Positions 20,490-32,374 of a stretch of 64,000 nt of DNA are shown piece by piece. A program made the position numbers and the translations under genes. The notes under the pieces are model-generated. The model was not told the DNA's origin. It saw only the letters and a list, made by a program, of their open reading frames with translations, and searched no databases. The stretch comes from an uncultured delta proteobacterium (lineage in GTDB: Bacteria; Myxococcota_A; Polyangia; Palsa-1104), in the NCBI GenBank assembly GCA_963785725.1, contig CAWAWS010000005.1:320165-384164 (forward strand), written 5' to 3'. Each line of letters opens with the position of its first letter. Within the stretch, counting starts at the first letter, position 1.

Positions 20490-20561
<72 letters not shown>

Positions 20562-20608
20562 GGGCCAGAAACAAAGTTGTAGTGTGGTAATCTTTGTCGC
20601 ACACAGTG

Positions 20609-22892
20609 TCAAGCGCTTTCCAGCTGAGCGCGACGGTTTCCTCGCAGATGCAGCCGCACCTTCTGCAGGAAGTCATCGAGGCCGAACGGCTTCATGAGAT
20701 AGCCGTCGGCGCCGGCGTCGATGGAGCTGCGCTGCACCATCTCGCCCGACATCGCCGTGACCATCAGCACCGGCACGTGTGACGTCGCCGGGTTGCCCTT
20801 CAAGCGGCGGCACACTTCGATGCCGTCGGCGTCGGCGAGCACGATGTCGAGGATGACGAGGTCGACGTCCGCCGTCACCGTCGCCAGCGCCTGCTCGCCC
20901 GACGTGACGCTGATGACTTCGTAGCCTTCGCGCTCGAGCACGAAGCGGGTGAAGTCGAGGATCTCGAGCTCGTCCTCGACGACGACGACGCGGGCGCGGC
21001 TGTCGGGCTTGGGCAGCGCGCGGCCGAGCAGACGCAAGATGCCTTCGGTCAAGCGCGCGCCGTCGCCGGGCGCGACGACGGAGATCGGCGCGCCCGCGGC
21101 GATCGACCGGGCCGCGCAGGTCGGCGACGACGACCGTCGGCACCGCCGCCGTGTCGTCGTCGCGCTTGAGCTCTTCGAGCGCCTCGTCGAGGTTGGACAG
21201 CGCCAGGAGCACGAGATCGGGCCGATGGCGCCGCGCGCGCCGCACCAGCTCGGTCGCCGACTCGGTCCAGAGAAGATCTAGCGGCTGTAAGGCTTGCGCG
21301 GTGAGCGTCAGCTCCAGCTGCTCGCGCGCGGCTTCGTCGGCGCCGACGATGATGAGCGCGCGGCCGCTGCCGACCGGCTCGGCGCGCTCGCGCACGTCGG
21401 CGCGCGGCAGGCGGACGGTGAACGTCGAGCCGCGCCCTTCGGCCGAGTCGACGTTGATGTCGCCTTGATGCAGCGTCACCAGCTCTTTGGCCAGCGCCAA
21501 GCCCAAGCCGGCACCGCCGAAGCGGCGCGTCGAGGAGGCGTCGACCTGGTAGAAGCGGTCGAAGATGCGGGCGCGCGCGTCGACGGGGATGCCGATGCCG
21601 CGATCGGCGACGGAGACCTCGATCTGCACGTCGCGACGGCGCGCGTGCACTTCGATGGCGCCGCCCGCGGCTTCGGTGAACTTCTCGGCGTTGCTGATGA
21701 GCGCGCGGAACACCTGCTCGAGCCGCGCCCGATCGCCGACGATCCACAGCGGCTCTTGGCCCAAGTCGAGATGCAACGGCAAGCTGCGCGACGCCAGCCG
21801 CTCGCCTACCGCCGCCGCCGCCGCCGCGATCGCCTCGCGCAGATCGAAGCGCGCCATCGACAGCTCGAGCCGCCCCTCTTCGCGCCGGGCCAGATCGAGC
21901 AGCGTCTCGATGAGCTCGACCAGCCGCTGCGTGTTGGCGGCGGCGATCTCGAGCCCGCGGCGCTGCCGCGCGTTGACCGGGCCGAGCGTGCCGCGCAAGA
22001 GCAGGTCGTTGTAGCCTTTGATGCTGACGAGCGGCGTGCGCAGCTCGTGCGAGACGTTCGCCAAGAGCTGCGTCTTCAGCCGATCGAGCGACGCGCGCTC
22101 CTGATTACGCTGGCGAATGTCCTCGAGCTGCTTGACCGACGTGTTGTCGCGGCCGATGCCTTCGAGCACCACCGCCCGCCCGCTCGCGTTGCGCACGGGA
22201 TAGAGCGACAGCTGCATGATGATGCGCTCGCCCGACTTCGCCGTCAGCGCCAGGTCGAAGGTGCGCGACGCGACCTCTTGCATGCGCGAGAACGACGCGT
22301 CCCAGTTGGGGCGATGCTCGGGCAGGATCATGCGCGGAAAGAGGCCGGCGTCCTGGTAGAACTCGTCGGGCGCGTAGCCGGTCAAGCGCTCGATGGCGCG
22401 GTTGACGTAGAGGATGCGGCCGGCGATGGCGTCGACGCGGAAGATGATGTCGGGCGCGTCCTCGACCAGCTCCTCGAAGCCGCGCTCGCCATTGCCGACG
22501 GGCGAGGTCGCCGACGAGCGGTCGACGGCGATGGTCATGAGGCCGCGCTTGCCATCGGGCATGGTGATGGCGGTGGTCGTCCAATCCATCACGCGGCGCA
22601 GGCCGTCGCCGCAGGTCACCGTCGGACGATGGCGCAGCACTTCATTGACGGCGTAGAGCTGCTCGACCTCGCGCTGCACGATCTGCTGCTCTTGACCGTC
22701 GGGGAACATGATCGGCAGCCACTGATCGCGCGTCAGCTCCTCGGCGCTCCAGCGGGTCAGGTCGAGAAAGGCGCGGTTGGCGAACACGAGGCGGCCGCCG
22801 ACCGACGCCGCCGCGGCCAACGGCGCCTCGACGAGCGCTTGCCATTGCGGCAGCCCGGACAACACGCCTTCGATGTACCCCCGATCCGCCAT
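20609..22892 (-). CDS. hybrid PAS sensor histidine kinase/response regulator (frameshift near 21080-21115)
   Basis: Two PAS domains, SHELRTPL, GIGIP, FYQVD and GAGLGL. C-terminal receiver (VVEDE, ILD, YLMKPF) is in another frame. Confidence 0.88.
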
Positions 22893-22944
22893 CGCCACCC
22901 GCCCCTGTCGTCGGTTCGACCGGTTCGCTTCGTCTAAGGCTTGC

Positions 22945-24858
22945 TTAGTTGGTGTAGAACGCGTCGATCACTTTGGCGAACTTCTCTTGCGTGAACTTGC
23001 GCTTGACCTTCAACGTCGGCGTCAGCTCACCCGTCTCCTGCGAGAAGTCGGCCGGCAGGACCGCGAACTTCTTGATCGAAGAGTAGCTCGGCTCGCGCGC
23101 GTTCAAGTCGTCGACATATTTCTGCACCAACTTGCGCACGCGCTCGTGCTGCGCCAGCTCGGCGTTCGACGTGAACGTCAACCCCTCGTCCTTGGCCCAC
23201 TTGGCGATGTTCTCTTCGTTGAGCGTGATGAGCGCGACGAGATAGGGACGCTTGTCGCCGTGCACCATCACCTGCGAGATGTACGGCGTCGCCTTCAGCG
23301 AGTTCTCGAGGTTCTGCGGCGCGATGTTCTTGCCGCCGGCGTTGACGATGATGTCCTTCTTGCGATCGGTGATGCGCACGAGGCCGTTCTCGACGACGCC
23401 GATGTCACCGGTGTGGAACCAGCCCTCTTCGTCGATGGCTTCGCGCGTCGCTTCCGGCTTGTTGTAGTACTCCTTCATGACCGAGCCGGCGCGCACCAGG
23501 ATCTCGCCGTCCTCGGCGATGCGGATCTCGACGCCCGGAACCGCCGGTCCGACGGTGCCGAAGCCGTACTTCTCGGGGCGATTGAGCGTCGTGCCGGCGG
23601 TGGTCTCGGTCAGGCCCTAGCCTTCGAGCACGAGGACGCCGGCGGCGTGGAAGAACTCGGCGATCTCCTTCGACAAGGGAGCGCCACCCGACACCAAGAA
23701 GCGCATGCGGCCGCCGAGCACCGTCTGAATCTTGGAGAACACGAGCTTCGTCGCGAGCGCGTTCTTGATCGACAGACCGACGGGGATCGGCTCGTGGCGC
23801 TGCTTGAGCTTCGAGACTTCGCGGCCGACGCTGAACGCCCAGTCGAAGATCTTCTGCTTCGTCGGCGGCGAGGCGTTGCGATTGCCGAGGATGCCCAGGT
23901 AGACCTTCTCGAGCACCCGCGGCACGGCGCACATGAAGCTCGGCTTCACCTCGCCCAAGTTGTCTTTGATCTTGTTGATCGACTCGGCGAAGGCGATGCG
24001 CGAGCCCTTGGAAATGCTGGTCCACTCGAGGATCTTGGCGAAGATGTGCGCCATCGGCAGGAACAAGAGCTGCTCGTCGTGCTCGTCGATGGGCAGCGCG
24101 TCGCGCATGGCGTCGCACTCCCAGACGATGTTCTTGTGCGTGAGGACGACGCCCTTCGGCGGCCCGGTCGTGCCCGACGTGTAGACGATCGTGAAGCTGT
24201 GGTCGGGCACGATCTCGGTCCAGCGGCGCTCGAGCTCGCCGGCGTGCTCGCCGAGCCACTTGGCGCCGTCGCGGCGCAGCTCGGCCAGCGACAAGAGCAG
24301 GCCGCGATCGGCGGCGGGCACGACGTCGTCGAGCGTCAGCTGCGTGCGGCCTTGCGCGTCGGGCTTGTCGAGCTTACAGGCGGCGTCGAAGTAGACGATG
24401 CGCGTCAGGCCCGTCAGCTTCTCGCGCTCGGCCATGAGCTTCACGATCTGCTGCGGATTCTCGGCGAACACGATCTTGGCGCCCGAGTCGTTGACGATGT
24501 ACTCGCACTCGTGCGGCAAGTTCGACTGATAGATGGGCACGGTGACGCCGCCGGCCATCAGGATGCCGATGTCACAATGCAGCCACTCGGGCCGCGTGTT
24601 GGCGAGGATGCAGCTGCGATCGCCGAGCCCGCAGCCGAGCGCGATGAGCCCGGCGGCGATTTCGCGCGACGCCTGGTCCCAATCGGCCCAGGTCGACTGC
24701 CGCCAGCTGCCGCCCTCTTTCCAGCGCAATACGGGTTTGGCGCGGTCGGCCTTGACGCGCTGGTTGAAGATTTCGACCGCGTTGGCGACGCTGAGCGGTC
24801 GCTCGGCCGGTCGTTCGCTGATGCCCGTCCCCAATGCCGTCGCCGCGCTCGTATCCAT
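22945..24858 (-). CDS. long-chain fatty acid-CoA ligase with in-frame TAG at 23617-23619
   Basis: YTSGTTGPPKG, EG*GLTET, WFHTGDIG and ELTPTLK. The two ORF pieces are in the same frame. Confidence 0.88.
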
Positions 24859-24927
24859 GCGTCGAATTGTTACGCCGAAAGGGTCGGCGCATCAACCGTA
24901 TGCTAAAGTGAAACGTCGACGAATAAA

Positions 24928-24969
24928 CATGAGCGAGCGTCACCCCATGAGCGAGCGTCACCCATGAGC
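24928..24969 (+). repeat. tandem duplication around the start codon of the ABC1 kinase
   Basis: CATGAGCGAGCGTCACCC, then CATGAGCGAGCGTCACC, then CATGAGC. Confidence 0.85.
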
Positions 24970-26247
24970 CCGATGCGTTTCATCGTCCGCTCGCTGGTCA
25001 TGTTCGGCCTGGTGCTGTTCTCGCTGGGCCGATTTCTGGCCGGTTGGCTGCTCCTCTTGGTGATGTTCGCGCCCAAAGCGCGGCGGCAGGAGTGGTTCGC
25101 GCGCTGCTTCGTCGGCCTGTTTCGCGCGCTCGGCGCCACCTTCATCAAGGTCGGGCAGATCATGTCGACGCGGCCGGATCTGTTCGAGCCGCATCTGATT
25201 CAGGCGCTGGAGACGCTGCAAGACAACGTCGGGCCGTTCCCGTTCACGCACGTGCAGCAGACGTTCATCGAGGACTTCGGCAAGCCGCCCGAGGAGCTGT
25301 TCGCCGAGATCTCGCCGCTGCCGATCGCCTCGGCGTCGGTGGCGCAGGTGCACAAGGCGCGGCTGCCCGACGGTCGCGTCGTCGCCGTCAAGGTGCGGCG
25401 GCCCAACCTCGACGAGCTGGTGCGCTTCGATCTCAAGGTCATGCGCGGGTTTGCGCATCTGATGGCGCTCGTGCCGGGGGTGAGCTTGATGGCGCCGGTC
25501 GAGAGCGTGCGCGAGTTCGGCCGCGGCATCTCGCTGCAGCTCGACTTCACGATCGAAGCCGCCAACAACCGACGCTTCGCCGAGAACTTCAAAGACGACC
25601 GCGACGTGCTGTTTCCCGCGCTCGTCGACGGGCTGTGCTCGCCGCGCGTGTTGACGATGGAGTACATCGACGGCACCAAGATCCTGAACTTCCGGCAGAC
25701 GCCGTCGGACCCGAAGCGCTTGGCGGCCATCGGTTTCCGCGTGATGCTCAAGATGATCTTCGAGGACGGCTTCGTGCACGCCGACCTGCATCCCGGCAAC
25801 ATCTTCATCACGCGTGACGACCGCGTCGCCATCTTGGATTTGGGGCTCGTCGGTGAGCTCGACGGCACGCATCGCGCCGGCTTTGCGCGCTACTTCGCGG
25901 CCTGGGCGCAAGGCGACGGCAAGACGATGGCCAAGCTGATGGCGGAGCTGTCGCCGGTCAAGCGCATCCCCGACTTCGCCGGCTTCGAGGCGGCGGTCGT
26001 CGCGTTCGTGCAGAAGTACAACGGCAAGCGGCTCGGCGAAGTGCAGGTGTCGCTCGTCTTCATGGACATGATGAACATCCTCAGGAAGTATCGCGTGCGC
26101 GCCAACCCGACGTTTACGCTGGTGAACATCGCGATCGCCGTCACCGAGGGCATCGGCAAGCAGCTCGATCCGACGGTGGATTTGATGGCGGCGGCGCTGC
26201 CGTTCTTCGCGCGCTTCAACTTCTTCGCGCCGGAAGCCACCGGGTGA
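24964..26247 (+). CDS. ABC1/UbiB/AarF family atypical kinase
   Basis: FIKVGQ, ASASVAQVH, VAVKV, HADLHPGN and LDLG. Confidence 0.93.
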   Translation: MSPMRFIVRSLVMFGLVLFSLGRFLAGWLLLLVMFAPKARRQEWFARCFVGLFRALGATFIKVGQIMSTRPDLFEPHLIQALETLQDNVGPFPFTHVQQTFIEDFGKPPEELFAEISPLPIASASVAQVHKARLPDGRVVAVKVRRPNLDELVRFDLKVMRGFAHLMALVPGVSLMAPVESVREFGRGISLQLDFTIEAANNRRFAENFKDDRDVLFPALVDGLCSPRVLTMEYIDGTKILNFRQTPSDPKRLAAIGFRVMLKMIFEDGFVHADLHPGNIFITRDDRVAILDLGLVGELDGTHRAGFARYFAAWAQGDGKTMAKLMAELSPVKRIPDFAGFEAAVVAFVQKYNGKRLGEVQVSLVFMDMMNILRKYRVRANPTFTLVNIAIAVTEGIGKQLDPTVDLMAAALPFFARFNFFAPEATG

Positions 26248-27572
26248 TTTGGGGGCGGCGGTCGGCGATCCTCGTCGCCGCCGCTGCGCTGGTCGCGTAT
26301 CACAACGCGCTCACGGCCGGCTTCGTTCTCGACGATTACCACTACATTCTCGAGCATCGCGAGCTCGGGATTACGGCGATTCCGCGGCTGTTTTGGCGCG
26401 CCTACCATTCGGGCGGCGTCGAGTTCTATCGCCCGCTGACGACGGCGACGTTCGCGCTCGACCGCTCGCTGTTCGCGCTCTGGGCGCCGGCCTATCACGC
26501 GCACAACCTGGCCTGGCACGTCGCCGCGTCGCTGCTCGTCGGTCACCTGTTCTCGCGCGTTCTCGACAGCCGGGCGGCGACGATGGCGGCGCTGGTGTTC
26601 GCGTTGCATCCGCTGCACACCGAGGCGGTCACCGGCATCGTCGGGCGCTCGGAGCTGATGGCGACGACGTTCGTGCTCGCCGGCTGCGCGCTGCAGCGTG
26701 ATGGGCGACGCGCCTCGGCCGCCCTCGCCTACCTCGCGGCGCTCATGTCGAAGGAGAGCGGCGTCATGTTGCCGCTCCTGGCCGTGCTCGTCGACGCGCA
26801 GACGCGACCGTGGCCGCGCGCCGCGCAGCGCGCCTGGAATTTCCTGCCGCCGCTCTTGGTCTACGGGCTTTTGCGCGCGCATGCGTTGGCGGGCGCGACG
26901 CTGCCGCCGCCAGCCGAATATTTCCGCGTGGCGACGGCGGGCACGGCATTCTGGACGGCCGTCGACGTGCTCGGCCGCGACGCGCGGCTGCTCGTGTGGC
27001 CGCATCCGCTCGCCGCCGACTATTCGTATCCGGCGCTGCCGCTGTCGCCGGGAATCGCTAGTGCGCGCACGCTTTGCACCGTCGCCGGCATCCTCGTCGT
27101 GGCGGCGCTGGCGATCGCGCGCGGACGACGCCCGCCGCGCCTCGGCCTCGGGCTCGCGTGGACCGCGATCGCGATCTTGCCGGTGTCGAACCTGATCGTG
27201 CACATCGGCGTGCTCATGGCCGAGCGACTGCTCTATTTGCCGTCGGTCGGCGTCTGTCTCGTCGCCGGCGAGGCGTGGCGCTGGCTCGGGACGCGCGTGC
27301 GACCGCCGCTGGCGACGGGCGCGGCGGTGGCGGCGCTGGTGTCGCTGGCGTCGCTGACCCTGGTGCGCAACGTCGACTGGCAGACGCCGCTGGCGTTGTG
27401 GCGCGACAGCGTCGCCAGACAGCCGCGCAGCGCGCTCGCGCACGGCAACTTGGCGCTGTCGTGCCTCGTCGTCGACGATCGGGCGTGCGCCCGCGCCGAG
27501 CTGGAAACGGCGGTCGCGCTCGATCCCATGCGCGCCGATTTCGCGCAGGCGCTGCGCGATCTGCCGCCGTGA
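26244..27572 (+). CDS. TMTC-like GT-C membrane glycosyltransferase with terminal TPR
   Basis: GFVLDD, YRPLT, HPLHTEAV, GRSEL, SKE and AERLLYLPS, plus multiple TM helices. Confidence 0.82.
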   Translation: MIWGRRSAILVAAAALVAYHNALTAGFVLDDYHYILEHRELGITAIPRLFWRAYHSGGVEFYRPLTTATFALDRSLFALWAPAYHAHNLAWHVAASLLVGHLFSRVLDSRAATMAALVFALHPLHTEAVTGIVGRSELMATTFVLAGCALQRDGRRASAALAYLAALMSKESGVMLPLLAVLVDAQTRPWPRAAQRAWNFLPPLLVYGLLRAHALAGATLPPPAEYFRVATAGTAFWTAVDVLGRDARLLVWPHPLAADYSYPALPLSPGIASARTLCTVAGILVVAALAIARGRRPPRLGLGLAWTAIAILPVSNLIVHIGVLMAERLLYLPSVGVCLVAGEAWRWLGTRVRPPLATGAAVAALVSLASLTLVRNVDWQTPLALWRDSVARQPRSALAHGNLALSCLVVDDRACARAELETAVALDPMRADFAQALRDLPP

Positions 27573-27721
27573 CCGAACGGAGCTGTCGAGAAACACCGTG
27601 ACGGCGCGATCACACTCATGGCGGTTGCCCTGGCTACGCTACACGAGCTAAAATAGGCCGGTTTTCGCGACGGGCATGACAGCGATGCCCCAGTGGACGG
27701 CTAGGGAGGCGACGGACCGGA

Positions 27722-29518
27722 ATGGAGATGATCGGCCGTATCCTCTCGCGCTACCGCCTGCTCCAGGAAGTGGGGCACGGCGGCATGGCGGTGGTGTACA
27801 AAGCCGAGGATACGACGCTGCATCGCGAAGTGGCCGTCAAAGTGCTGCATCCGCATCTGGCCGGGCAAGAGGAGTCGCGGGCGCGGCTGCAGCGCGAGGC
27901 GCACGCCGTGGCCAAGCTCAGGCACGAGAACATCCTCGAGATCTTCGACTATTCGGGGCCCGATTCGGCCGAGAGCTACATCGTCACCGAGTTCATTCAC
28001 GGGCGGACGCTCAAGAGCTTCATGGTCGAGCAGCCGCTGCCGTTCCCCGAAGTGGCGGAGATGATCGCGTCGGAGGTGGCGCGCGCGCTCGAGCATGCGC
28101 ACCAATTCGGCGTCATTCACCGCGACGTCAAGCCCGAGAACGTCATGATTCGCAACGACGGGCTCATCAAGCTGACCGACTTCGGCATCGCGCAGATCGT
28201 CGACAAAGAGCGGATGACGGTGACCGGGCAGCTCTTGGGATCGCCGGCCTACATGGCGCCCGAGCACGTCGAAGGGCGGCCGCTCGACTTTCGCACCGAC
28301 GTCTTCGCGGTCGGCATCCTGACCTATCAGCTGGCGACGGGCGAGCTGCCGTTTCGCGGCAAGAATCCGCACGAGGTCCTCAAGCGGATTGCCGAGTGCA
28401 AGTTCGCGCCGGCCGAGAGCGTCAATCCGCTCATCGGCAAGCGCCTCGGGCGGCTCATCGCCAAGGCGTTGGCGCGCGAGCCCGATCAGCGGTTCGCCGA
28501 CGTGGCCGATATGCGCCGCGAGCTCGTCGAGGATTTGGCCGACGCGGGCATCGGCGATCCGCGGCAGACCTTGCGCGACTATTTCGCCGATCCCAAAGGC
28601 TGGGCGCGCGCGTTCCGGCCGCGGCTCGTGGCCGCGCTGACGACGACCGGACGCGAGCGCGCGGCGGCCGGGCGCACGGCGGCGGCGCTGGAGCTCTGGG
28701 GTCGCGCGCTCTGTCTCGAGCCGAAGGACACGGCGTTGCGCGCGCTCGTCGACGGTATCGCGCAGCGCTCGCAGCGGTCGCTGCGGCTCAAGTGGGGCGC
28801 GCTGACGTTGGCCGGCGGGCTGGCGGCGTCGCTGGCGATCACGGGTGGCGTGCGCTGGCAGCATGCGCGCCGTCGGCAGGCGCCGCAGATCGCGCCGAAC
28901 GACAAGGCCAAAGACGCGCAAGTCGTCAACAAAGCGCTGCCGCCGCCGGTGCACGAGGAGCATCGGGTGACGCCGCCGATCGTGCATCGACTGCGGCCGC
29001 TGAAGACGGCGCCATCCGTCACGCCGGCCTCGGCGCCGCCGCCGGCGACCGCCAGCGCCGATCCGCCGCGCACGTTCGAGCTGGCGCCGACGCCGAAAGC
29101 CGTGAGCGTGTTCCTCGACGATAAGCCCTTGGGAGACTATGGACCGCGGCTGGCGCGGCTGGTCGTGCCGGCGGGACCGCACGTGGTCCGCTTCGAGTCG
29201 CCCTACTGCTTCGCCAAAGAGGTCGAGATTCGCGGCGGCGAGCCGGCGGGACGGCTGGCGGCGCGGCTGCGCTGGAAGCCGGCGCGGCTGACGGTGCGCG
29301 TCGTGCCCGACAATGCCGACGTGCTCGTCGACGGCAGCATCTTGCGCTCGGGCCAGCCCATCGACGTCAACATTCCCGAGCTGTCCGACGGCAAGAAGAC
29401 GGTGAGCGTGCGCGTCTCGGCGCCCGGTCGCGCGTCGCAGCAGCTGTCGCTCGAGCTGCGCGCCAACGACCAAAAGGTGCAGCCGGTGACCCTCCAGCCG
29501 ATCGACGAGGCGCAATGA
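27722..29518 (+). CDS. membrane Ser/Thr protein kinase
   Basis: GHGGMAVVY, VAVK, HRDVKPEN, DFG and YMAPE; TM helix and PEGA-like tail. Confidence 0.95.
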   Translation: MEMIGRILSRYRLLQEVGHGGMAVVYKAEDTTLHREVAVKVLHPHLAGQEESRARLQREAHAVAKLRHENILEIFDYSGPDSAESYIVTEFIHGRTLKSFMVEQPLPFPEVAEMIASEVARALEHAHQFGVIHRDVKPENVMIRNDGLIKLTDFGIAQIVDKERMTVTGQLLGSPAYMAPEHVEGRPLDFRTDVFAVGILTYQLATGELPFRGKNPHEVLKRIAECKFAPAESVNPLIGKRLGRLIAKALAREPDQRFADVADMRRELVEDLADAGIGDPRQTLRDYFADPKGWARAFRPRLVAALTTTGRERAAAGRTAAALELWGRALCLEPKDTALRALVDGIAQRSQRSLRLKWGALTLAGGLAASLAITGGVRWQHARRRQAPQIAPNDKAKDAQVVNKALPPPVHEEHRVTPPIVHRLRPLKTAPSVTPASAPPPATASADPPRTFELAPTPKAVSVFLDDKPLGDYGPRLARLVVPAGPHVVRFESPYCFAKEVEIRGGEPAGRLAARLRWKPARLTVRVVPDNADVLVDGSILRSGQPIDVNIPELSDGKKTVSVRVSAPGRASQQLSLELRANDQKVQPVTLQPIDEAQ

Positions 29519-30444
29519 CGCGTTTGGGGCGCGCGCTCGTCGCGGCGACCCTCGTGTGCGCCGTGGCGACGGTGACGCCGGCCGCGGCCAGCCCGTCGCG
29601 CAATGCCACCGAGGCGCTCGAGCGCGGCCACAACGCCTACGACCGCGGCGATTACGGCGGCGCCATCGACACGCTCCATCCGCTGCTCTATCCGTCGATC
29701 GAGCTCGGCACCGAAGAGGACGTCGTGCTCGCCCATCGCCTGCTCGCGCTCTCCTACTTCTTCGTCGACAAGCCCAAAGATGCCGAGCAGGAGGTGACGT
29801 CGCTGTTGGCGCTCAGGCCCAACTACGCGCTCGATCCGATCGTCGATCCGCCGGTGGCGGTGCACTTCTTCGACGACGTGCGGCAGCGACAGTCGGAGCG
29901 GCTGCGGACGATCGAGCGCCGCGAGCACGAAGAGGCCGAGCGCGTGCGCAAAGAGGCCGAGCGACGGCAGGCCGCGCAGCACGCCAAGGCCGAGCGCGTC
30001 TACGTCGACCGCGTCGTCGAGCAGCACAGCCGCTTCATCGCGCTCTTGCCGTTCGGAGCCGGGCAGATTCAGAACGGGCAGCTGACCAAAGGCGTCCTCT
30101 TCGCCACGTCGGAGACGCTGCTGGCGGCGACGTCGCTCGGCACCTGGGGCGAGCTCACGTTCAGCTCGCGCTTTCCCTACGATCCGTCGACGGGCCGGCG
30201 CGAGTTCACCAAGAGCGACGCGACGCTGGCGCAGACGCTGACGGGGCTACAACTGGCGACTGGCGCCGCGTTCTACGCCATCGCCATTTGGGGAATCATC
30301 GACGCGCAGGTGCTCTTCAAGCGCGAAGTCGTGCGCGGCGAGCGCGAGCGCACCGAGCAAGGCCCCGCCAAACGTCCTCCATTGACCTTCGTTCCTCTCA
30401 AAACGCCGACGATGACGGGTGTCGGCATGCAAGGAAGCTTCTGA
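29515..30444 (+). CDS. TPR-like exported/membrane protein
   Basis: Signal peptide, helical repeat and C-terminal hydrophobic hairpin. Overlaps both neighbours. Confidence 0.7.
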   Translation: MTRLGRALVAATLVCAVATVTPAAASPSRNATEALERGHNAYDRGDYGGAIDTLHPLLYPSIELGTEEDVVLAHRLLALSYFFVDKPKDAEQEVTSLLALRPNYALDPIVDPPVAVHFFDDVRQRQSERLRTIERREHEEAERVRKEAERRQAAQHAKAERVYVDRVVEQHSRFIALLPFGAGQIQNGQLTKGVLFATSETLLAATSLGTWGELTFSSRFPYDPSTGRREFTKSDATLAQTLTGLQLATGAAFYAIAIWGIIDAQVLFKREVVRGERERTEQGPAKRPPLTFVPLKTPTMTGVGMQGSF

Positions 30445-32255
30445 TGCCGAGCCTGCGAATCACGCTGCCGGGCCACAGCCCGAAAGTGCACCACCTGTAC
30501 AAGAAGATCACCTCGATCGGCAGCGGCGAGGAGAACGACATCGTCTTGAGCGATCCGCTGATCGAGGACTCGCACGCGCACATTCACTTCGACGGGCGCG
30601 ATTTCCACATCACGTCGATCGACAAGAACAACGATCTGCAGATCAACGGCAAGAAGCGCAAGAAGCATCGTTTGGTGCATCAAGACGCGCTGAAGATGGG
30701 CGCGTCCGACTTCGTGTTCAGCCTCTACGACGAGCCGCCCACCGACGAAGAAGCGGCCAAGACGCTGGAGGCGCTGAGCTCTTATCGCAAGCTCTTCGAG
30801 TTCTCGGAGCGACTGCTCTCGAACTACGATTTACCGGAGCTGCTCGACGCCTTGATGGACGCAGTCGTATTGATTACGAACGCCGACAAAGGCTTCTTGA
30901 TTCTGCTCGAAGGCAATGAGCTCCGCGTCAAAGTCGCGCGTAACTTGAAGCGCGAGAACTTGGCCGACGCGCTCGATCAGCTGTCCGATTCGATCGTCGA
31001 CAAAGTCGTCAAGACGCGTAAAGCGCTGATCGTCTCCGACGCGCTGCACGACCAAGAGTTCGCCAACGCCATGAGCGTCATGTCGCTCAAGCTGTCGTCG
31101 GTGATGTGCGTTCCCTTGCTCGAGCGCGGCAACCTCTTGGGCGTGCTCTATGTCGGCAATGACTCGGTGACGCAGCTGTTCGATGAATCGCACTTGGAAG
31201 TGCTGACGATCTTCGCCGCGCAGGCGTCGCTCATCATTCGCAATGCCCTGCTCGTCAACGAGCTGAAGCTCGACAACAAGCTCTTGGCCGAGCAGCTGCA
31301 GCAGATGCGCTTTGGCGACATCATCGGCTCGTGCGCGGCGATGCAAGAGGTCTTCAAGAAGGTCCAGAAGGTCGCGACCACCGATATCTCCGTCTTGATT
31401 ACCGGCGAAACCGGCACCGGAAAAGAATTGATCGCGCTCGAGATTCATCGCCGTTCGGGGCGCGCAAAAGGGCCATTCGTCACCATCAACTGCGGCGCCA
31501 TTCCCGAGAACCTATTGGAGTCGGAGCTCTTCGGTCACGTGCGCGGCGCCTTCACGGGCGCGGTCTCGAATAAGCCGGGCAAGTTTCATTCGGCCGACGG
31601 CGGCACCATCTTTCTCGATGAAATCGGCGAAATGCCGCTCAATCTACAGGTCAAGCTGTTGCGGGTCCTGCAAGAGAAAGTGGTCGTGCGCGTCGGCGAA
31701 AACCGGCCCGAATCGGTCGACATTCGCGTACTGACGGCGACGCATCGAAACCTGGAAGACGATATTCGCAATCATCGTTTTCGCGAGGATCTCTATTATC
31801 GATTGAACGTCGTCAACATTCATTTGCCGCCGCTGCGCGATCGCGGTGAAGACGTCATGGTCATCGCGAAATATCTGCTGCATCGCTATGCCGAGGAGTT
31901 CAAGAGCCTCGTCAAAGGCTTTTCGCCCAACGCCGCCATCGCCGTCCGCAAATTCCCGTGGCCGGGAAACATCCGGCAGCTCGAGAATCACATCAAGAAG
32001 GCGTGCGTCTTGTCGGACAAGGCGCTGCTCGGGCCCGAGGATTTAGGGCTCAGCGCCGATGTCATGCCGGCGATTTTGCCGCTGGCGGAGGCGAAAGATA
32101 AGTTTCAGCGCGAGTACATCAATCAGATCCTCGAGCTCAACAACGGCAATCGCACGAAGACGGCGCGCGATCTGGCCGTCGATCCGCGCACCATCTTTCG
32201 GCACCTCGAAAAAGAGGACGGCGAGCCCGGTCCCGAGGAGCCGCCGCTTGCGTAG
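30444..32255 (+). CDS. sigma54-dependent activator with FHA and GAF domains
   Basis: FHA-like [55 protein letters not shown] and C-terminal HTH. Confidence 0.93.
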   Translation: MPSLRITLPGHSPKVHHLYKKITSIGSGEENDIVLSDPLIEDSHAHIHFDGRDFHITSIDKNNDLQINGKKRKKHRLVHQDALKMGASDFVFSLYDEPPTDEEAAKTLEALSSYRKLFEFSERLLSNYDLPELLDALMDAVVLITNADKGFLILLEGNELRVKVARNLKRENLADALDQLSDSIVDKVVKTRKALIVSDALHDQEFANAMSVMSLKLSSVMCVPLLERGNLLGVLYVGNDSVTQLFDESHLEVLTIFAAQASLIIRNALLVNELKLDNKLLAEQLQQMRFGDIIGSCAAMQEVFKKVQKVATTDISVLITGETGTGKELIALEIHRRSGRAKGPFVTINCGAIPENLLESELFGHVRGAFTGAVSNKPGKFHSADGGTIFLDEIGEMPLNLQVKLLRVLQEKVVVRVGENRPESVDIRVLTATHRNLEDDIRNHRFREDLYYRLNVVNIHLPPLRDRGEDVMVIAKYLLHRYAEEFKSLVKGFSPNAAIAVRKFPWPGNIRQLENHIKKACVLSDKALLGPEDLGLSADVMPAILPLAEAKDKFQREYINQILELNNGNRTKTARDLAVDPRTIFRHLEKEDGEPGPEEPPLA

Positions 32256-32339
32256 CGACATGACAGCGCTGTCACAGCCGTCCGAGGACGTACGTGCGTA
32301 ACTATTCGAACATATTTGGATTACATAGCGCGCGCGGGC

Positions 32340-32355
32340 TGGCACGGCGGCTGCT
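32340..32355 (+). promoter_or_regulatory. sigma54 (-24/-12) promoter
   Basis: TGGCAC-GGCGG-CTGCT matches TGGCAC-N5-TTGCW. Palindrome TGACAGCGCTGTCA lies at 32261-32274 upstream. Confidence 0.75.
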
Positions 32356-32374
32356 CGATAGACGCTGGAAGCTC

